In this document: piece by piece, positions 10,094-19,125 of the stretch
Position numbering within the stretch: position 1 is the stretch's first letter
Layout: the number at the start of each line of letters is the position of its first letter
From: an uncultured Poribacteria bacterium
Lineage (GTDB): Bacteria > Poribacteria > WGA-4E > WGA-3G
Assembly: GCA_951813565.1 (NCBI GenBank)
Contig: OX638351.1
Coordinates: 1,344,001 to 1,408,000, forward strand
Reading direction: 5' to 3'
Length of the DNA stretch: 64,000 nucleotides
Position numbers and translations under genes: made by a program
Notes under the pieces: model-generated
What the model was told of the DNA's origin: nothing
Seen by the model: only the letters and a program-made list of their open reading frames with translations
Database searches by the model: none

Positions 10094-11524
10094 GGGTGTG
10101 TAAAGTTTTTGTAGAAACACTGATGTCCAGAGAGGTTGCGGTTATAGTAAAAATAGGGTATCCTATCCTAATAACCTTAGAAACACAGGAAGGATACCGA
10201 TGTTTAGTATACCATTAGAAAACCCGGAAGTCAAAGAGATTTTAGAAGACATTGCTCAGGTGGCAGGAGAACTTTCGTCATCCCGTTGCGTATCATTAGA
10301 AGCAGCTGAGACTTGTGTGCGAGACTTGATGAATAGAACGGGTCAAAAGTTGTTGGAAGTGTGTGTATCCGAAGCAGCATCTCAACAATCAACAGCACCT
10401 GTTGCTTGTCCACAATGTGAACAAGCGTGTCGTCCGATACAGAAACGCGGCGTGACTATCACAACACTTTGTGGCAGGATCCGTGTGCAGCGTTGGGTGT
10501 ATAAATGTGTGTCGGGTCATTATCATAGACCTTGGGATATGCGCCAGAAGTTGAAAGGTATATATACGTATCGTGTTGCAGAGCGGATGTGTTATCTGGC
10601 AGCACATTTTGACTATAGAGCTGCTGCGAAAGAGTTGTCTTTTCAAGGGATAGAAGTGAACCACACGACATTGCACCAAAAAGTGCGTGAGTGGTTATCA
10701 GAACTGCACGCATCGGAACAAGTAGAACCGCAAAAACTTGTTGCTCATCAGCGTTGGTATGTGGGGTGTGATGGGTGCTACACGAACTCGCCGGATGGAT
10801 GGAAAGAAGTGAAAGTCGGTTGTGTTTATAGAGATTATCCACAACTGGGTTCGGGGGCGACACCGAGTGCGAGAACAGAAAGTATTCGTTATGTTGCGGG
10901 GCGTGAGAATGCGGAACAGTTTGGGAAAAAGTTATTTGCGTTAGCAACGCAAAGTGGCATTTACCGAGACGATATAGATACCCAGGATGTTGTGTTTATC
11001 GGGGATGGTGCTGCGTGGATATGGAACTTAGCCGATGAATACTTTCCGAATGCCATTGAGATTGTGGATTACATGCATGCGAAATCCCATTTATATGAAG
11101 TGGCAAAACAGGCATTTGGGGAACATCAGACAACAACGATTGAAAAGTGGGTAGAGGCAACAGACTTTTTTCTTTATGAGGGAGACACAGCAGAACTCGT
11201 TTTACGCATTCGGGGTTTAGGTATAGAAAATCCAGATGTTGTGAATATCTTAGACAGGGAAGCAGGCTATTTCGAAAAGCACGCTGAACGCATGCAATAT
11301 AAAATGTTTAGAGAAAAAGGGTATCAAATCGGGAGTGGCGTGATTGAGAGTGCCTGCAAACATGTCGTGGGGCAAAGGTGTAAACAAGCTGCTATGGGGT
11401 GGCAGGAGAAAGGTATCAATCCAGTGCTTTCCGCACGATGTTTGATAAAAAATGGAGCGTGGGACAGATATTGGAATGAACTCAAACAGGCAGCATGAAC
11501 TTATAACCAAAACTTTACACACCC
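10094..11524 (+). mobile_element. ISKra4/UPF0236-like IS, copy 1
   Basis: Terminal inverted repeats gggtgtgtaaagtttt / aaaactttacacaccc around a transposase; no clear target-site duplication. Confidence 0.85.
10200..11498 (+). CDS. ISKra4-like DDE transposase
   Basis: CPQC Zn motif, CDG, GDGAAWIW, VDYMHA, IGSGVIESAC. Confidence 0.85.
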   Translation: MFSIPLENPEVKEILEDIAQVAGELSSSRCVSLEAAETCVRDLMNRTGQKLLEVCVSEAASQQSTAPVACPQCEQACRPIQKRGVTITTLCGRIRVQRWVYKCVSGHYHRPWDMRQKLKGIYTYRVAERMCYLAAHFDYRAAAKELSFQGIEVNHTTLHQKVREWLSELHASEQVEPQKLVAHQRWYVGCDGCYTNSPDGWKEVKVGCVYRDYPQLGSGATPSARTESIRYVAGRENAEQFGKKLFALATQSGIYRDDIDTQDVVFIGDGAAWIWNLADEYFPNAIEIVDYMHAKSHLYEVAKQAFGEHQTTTIEKWVEATDFFLYEGDTAELVLRIRGLGIENPDVVNILDREAGYFEKHAERMQYKMFREKGYQIGSGVIESACKHVVGQRCKQAAMGWQEKGINPVLSARCLIKNGAWDRYWNELKQAA

Positions 11525-11609
11525 GAACATTGGTTTTCTATTGACAACATTCAAGTGAAATGTTAGTATGTTTTTACTGTATTTCATGCAATTGCATTTG
11601 GCTAAAATA

Positions 11610-11896
11610 ACGTGAGTTCGGCATAAGGAATTTTTTGTAGCGCAAACTGTATGAAGTTTAAAAAATAAATCGGTAATTTAGCGAGGTTAGGAAACCTCGC
11701 CAGCAGCGGGCACATCTGCCTCGTACGGACAGAAAATTACCGAATTAATAAATTAATCTTCATTCAGTTTGCGTTCCACGGATGCACAAACTAACAGTTT
11801 AATGCTCAAAGTGCAGTTAGAAACCGCACCTACCGTTGTTATTAGAGTAAAATTAAAAGCATTAAAAACTATATATCTCTTATACCGAGCTCACGT
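11610..11896. mobile_element. MITE (TIR ACGTGAGTTCGG) carrying a nested 113-bp ATGAAG...CTTCAT element at 11651-11763
   Basis: TIRs acgtgagttcggcataag / cttataccgagctcacgt; 7-bp TSD taaaata; related inverted copy at 27763-27999. Confidence 0.75.
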
Positions 11897-11921
11897 TAAA
11901 ATATATTGAGGGAGCATTGAA

Positions 11922-12314
11922 ATGAGTACGAAAAATCGAAACTGGAAACGCCATCTGACTAAAGCGTTAACTGTTTTATTGATATTCATGGTTTGCCTTT
12001 CGATTTTACAGTGGTTTATCATTGGTGCACTTTTCGAATTTGGTTCGGAGACTTTGAAAGATGCAATGGTTAGACAAGCCCCAGAAGGTGTAAACCGCAA
12101 TGATATAATAAATACATTTGAACGAGTCAAAAGTGCAGCGCAACAACTACCTTTTAGTTTTATCACAGGAAAAATCAATCTGCGAAAAATAAAAGCTGCC
12201 GGTGAATATGCTCTTGAAGCAAACGCTAATGAAACTTGGGACGCAGAAGAAATCAATACTCTCCTGGGGATGCTCAATGCTGCTGTAGGATATAAACAAG
12301 AATTGAGCAACTGA
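11922..12314 (+). CDS. Hypothetical membrane-anchored protein
   Basis: ORF with N-terminal TM helix; abuts the downstream methyltransferase gene. Confidence 0.65.
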   Translation: MSTKNRNWKRHLTKALTVLLIFMVCLSILQWFIIGALFEFGSETLKDAMVRQAPEGVNRNDIINTFERVKSAAQQLPFSFITGKINLRKIKAAGEYALEANANETWDAEEINTLLGMLNAAVGYKQELSN

Positions 12315-12319
12315 CATCA

Positions 12320-13072
12320 ATGCTACTAACACCGCCTTACGAAAAATTTGCTTATGCCTATGACCGAATGATGCGGAACGTCAATTACTCACGCTGGAGC
12401 GATTATATTGAATCACTTTTCAGGATGTACGATTGTGAACCGCGTAAGATCCTTGATTTAGCGTGTGGCACAGGAGCATTGACTGCCTTGTTAGCTTCTA
12501 AGGGATATGTAATGACCGGCATAGATAGAGCAAAGGGAATGTTGGACGTTGCTCGCGAAAAGGCAAAAGAACAAAATTTACAAATCACATTCCATCACGG
12601 TGATATGCTCAATTTCCGGTTAAACCAGCAGTTTGACGCAATCCTTTGCACCTACGATAGCATAAACTACGCCTGCGACGAAAATGAATTAAGTGGTGTG
12701 TTCAAAACTGTTTCAGAACATCTCGCGGAAGATGGGTTGTTTATCTTTGACGTAACAACGGAACGGAACATCGTTGAACATTTCCACAACAAGACTTTCT
12801 CCGAAAACCACGAAGATTATTCCTATATTTGGAAAAATAATTACCTCTATCATACCAAAATGTGCCGCACCTTCCTGACTTTTTTTATTCGAGAAGGTGA
12901 ATTGTTTAGACGTTATGAAGAGATGCACAAGCAACGAATTTATGAGGTAGATACGGTCAATAAATTGCTGAAATCTACAGGCTACAAAATGCTGAGTGCT
13001 TTCGACATGTATACCTTCAATAAGTGGAGTCGTACTTCAGATCGAATCAACTTCACTGCACAGTTGACATGA
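12320..13072 (+). CDS. Class I SAM-dependent methyltransferase
   Basis: ILDLACGTG, GDM, DSINY, GLFIFD. Confidence 0.9.
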   Translation: MLLTPPYEKFAYAYDRMMRNVNYSRWSDYIESLFRMYDCEPRKILDLACGTGALTALLASKGYVMTGIDRAKGMLDVAREKAKEQNLQITFHHGDMLNFRLNQQFDAILCTYDSINYACDENELSGVFKTVSEHLAEDGLFIFDVTTERNIVEHFHNKTFSENHEDYSYIWKNNYLYHTKMCRTFLTFFIREGELFRRYEEMHKQRIYEVDTVNKLLKSTGYKMLSAFDMYTFNKWSRTSDRINFTAQLT

Positions 13073-13108
13073 ATAGTGTCGTTGAAATCGTGGTTATACA
13101 AAACTCAA

Positions 13109-13259
13109 CAGGACTTACGCAAAATGAGCAGAAAAAGGAAATATTGGACTTAAAAAGCCGTAATTTCGGTATTTTATCTCCCCATACGCTATCGCTATGG
13201 GGGCCCGCCCCCTAAATCCCCCTTATCAGAGGACTTTAAGAAAAGGTGCGTAAGTCCTG
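13109..13259. mobile_element. MITE with CAGGACTTACGCA TIRs
   Basis: 13-bp perfect TIR; 5-bp TSD ctcaa on both sides. Confidence 0.75.
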
Positions 13260-13265
13260 CTCAAT

Positions 13266-14318
13266 TTACAAACCTTGTGCGATTAGGTCTCCGACTTCTT
13301 CAGTCGTGTAACCCATTCTTCCAGCCCCGAGGTCTTTTATTTTTCCGCTTGCGAGTAGATCACTGATAGATTTTTCAACTTTTGCTGCTGCGTCAGAATG
13401 CCCAAGATGTTCAAGCATCATACCTGCTGCGCCGACAGCAGCTATCGGGTTGATCTGATTTTTGCCGGTATACCGTGGCGCTGAACCGTGAATTGGTTCA
13501 AACATAGCGACACTCTCTGGGTTCAAATTACCTGATGCAGCTACACCCATACCCCCTTGAATCATCGCACCCAAATCGGTGATGATGTCTCCGAACATAT
13601 TACAGGTCACAATCACATCAAACCATTCTGGATTTTTTACCATCCACATCGTTGTCGCATCAACGATTGCGTATTCCCTTTTGATATCAGGATAGTCTTC
13701 TCCAACCTCGTCAAAGACGCGTCGCCATAAGTCGTGGGCATAGGTGAGAACGTTCGCTTTATCACATGAAGTTAAGGTATTCGTCTTGTTACGTTTTCGG
13801 GTGAGTTCATACGCATAGCGTACACACCTTTCAACACCTTTATAGGTGTTGATCATCTCTTGGATTGCGACTTCATCGCGTGTGCCGCGTTTCAAAAAGC
13901 CACCGATTCCGGAATATAAACCTTCCGTGTTTTCACGCACGATGATGAAATCAATATCTTCCGGACCTTTGTCCTTCAACGGTGTAGGCACACCAGGGTA
14001 GAGTTTAACAGGACGCAGGTTAATATAGAGATCGAGTTCAAACCGTACCTTTAGTAAAATCCCTTTCTCTAAAATTCCGGGTTTGACATCGGGATGTCCG
14101 ATTGCGCCGAGATAAATTGCATCAAGTCCGCGTAGTTCTTCAAGGACTGAATCGGGTAACACTTCACCAGTTTCCAGATATCGGTCTCCACCGACATCAT
14201 ACTCAACAGTTTCGTATTTAATACCTTCTTGTGCAGCTGCCGCCCCGAAGACCTTCATTGCTTCGCGCGTTACTTCGGGGCCAATTCCGTCTCCTGGAAT
14301 GAGACCGATTTTATACAT
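13266..14318 (-). CDS. leuB: 3-isopropylmalate dehydrogenase
   Basis: [50 protein letters not shown]. Confidence 0.85.
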   Translation of the reverse strand: MYKIGLIPGDGIGPEVTREAMKVFGAAAAQEGIKYETVEYDVGGDRYLETGEVLPDSVLEELRGLDAIYLGAIGHPDVKPGILEKGILLKVRFELDLYINLRPVKLYPGVPTPLKDKGPEDIDFIIVRENTEGLYSGIGGFLKRGTRDEVAIQEMINTYKGVERCVRYAYELTRKRNKTNTLTSCDKANVLTYAHDLWRRVFDEVGEDYPDIKREYAIVDATTMWMVKNPEWFDVIVTCNMFGDIITDLGAMIQGGMGVAASGNLNPESVAMFEPIHGSAPRYTGKNQINPIAAVGAAGMMLEHLGHSDAAAKVEKSISDLLASGKIKDLGAGRMGYTTEEVGDLIAQGL

Positions 14319-14404
14319 GAATTCCCTCCACATGGTTGCGTCATAGTTTTTGACTCCTATATTTTAACATATTTGGGGTGAGATTGCAAATGTGGTATTT
14401 TGGG

Positions 14405-14498
14405 GGGTGTGTAATATTTGGTTACATAGGTTCAATTTGCAATGATTACGCGGCGTTTTCCACTGTAGGGCGGATTTCTACAAAAACTTTACACACCC
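14405..14498. mobile_element. 94-bp MITE derived from the ISKra4-like element
   Basis: Ends match the IS right and left ends; 8-bp direct repeat attttggg flanks it; near-identical copy at 35831-35926. Confidence 0.8.
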
Positions 14499-14505
14499 AT
14501 TTTGG

Positions 14506-15937
14506 GGGTGCGTAAAGTTTTGGTTATAAGTGTCATGCTGCCTGTTTGAGTTCATTCCAATATTTGTCCCAGTCCCCATTTTTCACTAAACACCGTAAGG
14601 CAAGCACCGGGTTGATACCTTTCTCTTTCCACCTCATAGCAGCTTGTGGACACCTTTGTCCGACAACCTGTGGACAGGCACTCTCAATCACACCACTCCC
14701 GATTTGATACCCTTTTTCCCGAAACTTTTTATACCGCGGACGAGCAGCGTGTTTTTCAAAATACCGTGCTTCTCTTTCGAAAATATCCGATACTTCCGGG
14801 TGCTGTGTGTCTAAGCCACGAATGCGTGCGGCTACTTCTGTAATGTTGCCATCATAAAGGATAGGTTCTGTCCTTTTTACCCAGTCTTGTATCGCCTCTG
14901 TTTCAGTCTCTCCGAAGGCAACTTTAGCAACATCGGACAGATGAGATTTCGCGTGCTTGTAATCCACAATCTCAACAGCATTGGGAAAGTATTCATCTGC
15001 TAAGTTCCAAATCCACGCAGCACCATCACCAAGAAACACAATCTCTTGCGTATCAATAGCTTCTTGGTAGATGCCACTATTGGTTGCTAACGCATATAAC
15101 TCCTTACCAAAATGTGCTGCATCATTACGCGTTGCAACATAACGGATACTTGTCTCTCTCGCACTTGACACCGCATCAGAACCACATTGTGGATAATCTC
15201 TGTAAACACAACCGACTTTTGTCTCTTGCCATCCATCAGTAGAGTTGGTGTAGCATCCATCACAACTTACATACCAACGCTGATTAGCCGCAAGTATTTG
15301 CGGTTCAACTTGTGCTGACACGCTCAAGTCTGATGACCACTCAAGCACTTTTTCGCGCACTATCGTATGGCTCACTTCTATCCCTTGAAAAGCCAACGCT
15401 TTCGCAGCAGCTCTATAGTCAAAATGCGCCGCAACATAACACATCCGCTCTACAACACGACGCGTCCATTTACCTCGCAACTTTTGACACGCATCCCAAG
15501 GTCTATGATAATGACCCGACACACATTTATACACCCAACGCTGCACACGGATCCTGCCACAAAGTGTTGTGATAGTCACGCCGCGTTTCTGTATCGGACG
15601 ACACGCTTGTTCACATTGTGGACAAGCAACAGGTGCTGTTGATTGTTGAGATGCTGCTTCGGATACACACACTTCCAACAACTTTTGACCCGTTCTATTC
15701 ATCAAGTCTCGCACACAAGTCTCAGCTGCTTCTAATGATACGCAACGGGATGACGAAAGTTCTCCTGCCACCTGAGCAATGTCTTCTAAAATCTCTTTGA
15801 CTTCCGGGTTTTCTAATGGTATACTAAACATCGGTATCCTTCCTGTGTTTCTAAGGTTATTAGGATAGGATACCCTATTTTTACTATAACCGCAACCTCT
15901 CTGGACATCAGTGTTTCTACAAAAACTTTACACACCC
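14506..15937 (-). mobile_element. ISKra4-like IS, copy 2 (inverted relative to copy 1)
   Basis: Same TIRs; left end and 5' coding region identical to copy 1. Confidence 0.85.
14533..15831 (-). CDS. ISKra4-like transposase, mosaic, possibly inactivated by Pro substitutions
   Basis: Same motifs as copy 1, but ARPRY and SACPQVVGQRCPQ near the catalytic Glu. Confidence 0.8.
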   Translation of the reverse strand: MFSIPLENPEVKEILEDIAQVAGELSSSRCVSLEAAETCVRDLMNRTGQKLLEVCVSEAASQQSTAPVACPQCEQACRPIQKRGVTITTLCGRIRVQRWVYKCVSGHYHRPWDACQKLRGKWTRRVVERMCYVAAHFDYRAAAKALAFQGIEVSHTIVREKVLEWSSDLSVSAQVEPQILAANQRWYVSCDGCYTNSTDGWQETKVGCVYRDYPQCGSDAVSSARETSIRYVATRNDAAHFGKELYALATNSGIYQEAIDTQEIVFLGDGAAWIWNLADEYFPNAVEIVDYKHAKSHLSDVAKVAFGETETEAIQDWVKRTEPILYDGNITEVAARIRGLDTQHPEVSDIFEREARYFEKHAARPRYKKFREKGYQIGSGVIESACPQVVGQRCPQAAMRWKEKGINPVLALRCLVKNGDWDKYWNELKQAA

Positions 15938-16009
15938 CGATCCATTTTTGTGCTTGCCTTACCCGTTAAAGTTGTGATAAACTATAACAAAAAACGCATT
16001 GGGAAACAG

Positions 16010-16384
16010 ATGTCATCTATAACAGACCCATCTAAAGTTTTAGCAGAGATATTGACAACAGAAAAACCGTGGGGACGTTTTATCCAGTACGTTCTTAATC
16101 AACCGGTAACTGTCAAGGTTTTGGAGATACATGCAGGTGAACGGGTCAGTTATCAGTATCATCACCATCGGAGTGAACTGTGGATACCGCTTGACGAAGG
16201 TGCGTGTGTTCGCATTGAGGAGGAAGTGATACATCCCGATCCGATGGAGCCAGTTTTTATTCCACAAGGTGCGAAACATCAGCTCATTGGCGAATCTCAA
16301 GATTATAGGATACTTGAAATTGCTTTCGGACATTTTGATGAGGAGGACATTGTCAGACTTGACGATAAATATGGAAGAGTTTAA
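16010..16384 (+). CDS. Mannose-6-phosphate isomerase type II C-terminal cupin protein
   Basis: EKPWG, SYQYHHHRSELW, FIPQGAKH, EEDIVRLDDKYGR. Confidence 0.85.
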   Translation: MSSITDPSKVLAEILTTEKPWGRFIQYVLNQPVTVKVLEIHAGERVSYQYHHHRSELWIPLDEGACVRIEEEVIHPDPMEPVFIPQGAKHQLIGESQDYRILEIAFGHFDEEDIVRLDDKYGRV

Positions 16385-16469
16385 AAGAGAGATGTGATTA
16401 TTGAGTCTAAACTTGAATTTCAGTGGTTTTGGAAAACCTTAACCCGAATTGACAATTGAGGAGACAACC

Positions 16470-17249
16470 ATGAATCACTTGAAACACTTTCGTTTATTGA
16501 TATGCGCTGTTCTGTTGTTTAACTTTATAATGTCAGGGTTTGGACAAGGAGAGAAAGCAGAAACCCTCGTAGGACATTGGACATTTGAGAAAGGTGTTGA
16601 ACTAGAAGATATAACGGGTAACTTTGCCGATATTACGCTCATGGGTGCTGAAATTGAGAATGGGCAATTGAATGTTGACCTCGGTAAGTGGGCAATAGCG
16701 AGTGGCTATGATGGTCCGGATATTGAGGAAAAAACGTTGGTGTCGTGGGTTATCATGGATAACCTTGACGTGCAGGAAGGTTCAATATTAACTGTTGATC
16801 GCCTCTCCGATCAAACTTTTGACGGAATTGTTTTTGGGGAACGTCAGAAGCATCGTTGGATGGCAGGGAGCGGGTGGTTTCATCGCACCCAAGACCCTGA
16901 ACCCGGTTTTGAGGAAAAGAAAACGGGGGAGTTGATTATGATGGCAATTTCGTATGAGAATGATAACGGCATTGCACGCGTGAGACTATACCGTAACGGA
17001 GACGAAATCGGTGACTACACATTTGGTCAATTTGTGTCTTTTGCTAAAAACGATGCTGAGGCTATTTGGGGTAAGCGTCACGGTGGTGTCGCTGGAGGTC
17101 CTGGCGATCTTGACGTCCATATTGAAGATTCACGAATTTATGCTGCTGTCCTCAGTCAGGCAGAGATTAAGAAGTTATTGCCAGACACGCTTGAAGTGGA
17201 AGCGCGCGGTAAACTCGCCACTACATGGGCAAGGCTAAAGACAAGATAG
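16470..17249 (+). CDS. Secreted LamG-like jellyroll protein with C-terminal KLATTW motif
   Basis: GAGGAG RBS, signal peptide, LVGHWTFE, RIYAAVLSQAEI, VEARGKLATTWARLK. Confidence 0.75.
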   Translation: MNHLKHFRLLICAVLLFNFIMSGFGQGEKAETLVGHWTFEKGVELEDITGNFADITLMGAEIENGQLNVDLGKWAIASGYDGPDIEEKTLVSWVIMDNLDVQEGSILTVDRLSDQTFDGIVFGERQKHRWMAGSGWFHRTQDPEPGFEEKKTGELIMMAISYENDNGIARVRLYRNGDEIGDYTFGQFVSFAKNDAEAIWGKRHGGVAGGPGDLDVHIEDSRIYAAVLSQAEIKKLLPDTLEVEARGKLATTWARLKTR

Positions 17250-17337
17250 ATATTTGTAGGTGCAATTAGGAAACCGAACTATAGGCGTCAATTTAGCGTG
17301 GATACACGCATTTTGGGTGTTGATTGCCATTTATCTT

Positions 17338-17428
17338 ATACCAAATTAACGAGTTTTGTATTGTTTTCACTGCCGAGAACACGGGCGGGCACAGAGACCC
17401 GCCCCTACGATTTTGGGTAATTTGGTAT
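17338..17428. mobile_element. 91-bp MITE (ATACCAAATT TIR) containing a GTAG-type REP hairpin
   Basis: TIR plus gggcgggcacagagacccgccc hairpin; inverted 91-bp copy at 28756-28846. Confidence 0.7.
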
Positions 17429-17615
17429 TAGCCTCAGCGGGGCGGAATGTTTATATTGTTATATGTCATTCCCGCTAAATGCTACACGCCAAATACCGGA
17501 AGCGCATTTGGCGTTGATTGGCAGTTTCAAACTGCGTCTAAAAAGATGGTGTTCACATGTTTTGGGATTTTCTATAAAAAAATGGGATTATTGGAGGTAA
17601 TAAAGAACAACATAA

Positions 17616-19049
17616 ATGAATTCAAGTTTAAAACAGATAGAACTGGGAAGCGATTCTGGTTTGAGACTCAAAATGCTTGTCTGTGCGGATACAGATGCAC
17701 AAGAGACAGATGAACTTGTTGATGCGCGTTTGGAAAATATTCAAGCACTCTTCAAGGCGGAGGTGGATGCACCACTATCCGTTTTAGAACAACATCTGCG
17801 TGCATGGACCCGCAGTCATCTACAAACAGAACATATTCAGCAAGTGCTTGACTTGTCTACCAAAGCAAGAAACGATTTCTCTGTTCTTGTAACTATCGGG
17901 ATAGGTGGGTCTGATTTAAGCGCGCGTGTTTTTCATGAAATTGCCAATCATCCGTATCACAATCTATTATCAATTTCCGAGCGGGGTGGTGCTCCAGAGG
18001 TTTACTTTACAGGTGATACGTTCGATCCGATTCGGTTGAAAGCATTACTTGAAATGCTGAAGTCTCGCAATTTGCTACACAAAACGCTTTTCAATGTCAT
18101 CAGCAAATCGGGGAAAACAGGCGAAACCCTCGCGACGTTAATGATTATTCGGGATAGACTCCAGCAAGAATTTGGGGAGTGGCAAAATCAGATCATCGCT
18201 ACTACTGGTTTGACGACAAAAAGTCTTCTCTATCAATTTCATCAGGAATCTTCGTTTTACGGTATACTCCCTGTTCCGGAAGGTGTTGGTGGTCGTTTTT
18301 CCGCTTTTTCACCAGTCGGTTTATTCTTTTTGGCGATGACTGCTGGGATTGGGAAGAGTCCAGAAGATAGTATAAACGCTGCGGTTGATGGTGTCCAACT
18401 TGCAGATGAGAACTTTCAACTGCCTTATGCGCATCCCAATAATATCGCATATCATCTTGCCCTATGGCTTGATTCTGTTGAGCAATATTACGGTGCGGGT
18501 AGCATTGTTTTCTATAATTACGCTGACAACAGTCGCCTTGGTGAGTGGTTTGTTCAGCTCTATACTGAATCGATTCAGGAACGCGGCTATGGGTCTAACG
18601 TTATTGCTGCGAAAGGTCCTACGAGTAATCATTCTATTCTCAACGGTATCCTTGCTGGGCCGAGAGATAAAGCAGTTATTTTTATCCATTGGGAAAACTT
18701 CGGCGCAGACTTAACAATCCCGTGTGGAAATGAAGGTAATGGATTAGAAGCGTTTGAAGGGCTTTCAATGAACGATAGTCAGACTGCATCCTATCAGGGA
18801 ACAGAGATGGATTTTACGGATAAAGACATTCCGAATGTTACGCTAACACTGCCCAGTCGAGATATTGGTAATGTGTGTCAATTGATGCGGACTCTAATGG
18901 ATACAGTGGCTATTAAAGGTAGGCTGCAAGAACTTCACCTTACCGATGGTATTTTGATGCCTGCAAAAGAGTTAACCTACCATCAATCGGCTGTTGAGGG
19001 ATATAAACAACGTACCGCAGAAATTGCTCGTGAAATGAAAAGGCGTTAA
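17616..19049 (+). CDS. pgi: Glucose-6-phosphate isomerase family protein (divergent)
   Basis: IGIGGSDL, ISKSGKTGET, GVGGRFS, QLYTES, NHS, QSAVEGYK. Confidence 0.75.
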   Translation: MNSSLKQIELGSDSGLRLKMLVCADTDAQETDELVDARLENIQALFKAEVDAPLSVLEQHLRAWTRSHLQTEHIQQVLDLSTKARNDFSVLVTIGIGGSDLSARVFHEIANHPYHNLLSISERGGAPEVYFTGDTFDPIRLKALLEMLKSRNLLHKTLFNVISKSGKTGETLATLMIIRDRLQQEFGEWQNQIIATTGLTTKSLLYQFHQESSFYGILPVPEGVGGRFSAFSPVGLFFLAMTAGIGKSPEDSINAAVDGVQLADENFQLPYAHPNNIAYHLALWLDSVEQYYGAGSIVFYNYADNSRLGEWFVQLYTESIQERGYGSNVIAAKGPTSNHSILNGILAGPRDKAVIFIHWENFGADLTIPCGNEGNGLEAFEGLSMNDSQTASYQGTEMDFTDKDIPNVTLTLPSRDIGNVCQLMRTLMDTVAIKGRLQELHLTDGILMPAKELTYHQSAVEGYKQRTAEIAREMKRR

Positions 19050-19125
19050 CTGATTTTAAAATCAATTATTTGGTTGAATTTGGTCAGTTGTTTTGAGCGG
19101 TGTGAAATTCAACAGGGTCAAATTT

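Noticed and set aside
10085..15946. Target duplication proving composite transposition
   Set aside because: Outer flanks (caagaagtt versus cgatccatt) do not match.
15911..16009. N-terminal extensions of ORFs at 15911, 28792, 32979 and 46329
   Set aside because: They run through IS, MITE or REP sequence or a neighbouring gene; downstream ATGs fit the protein families better.
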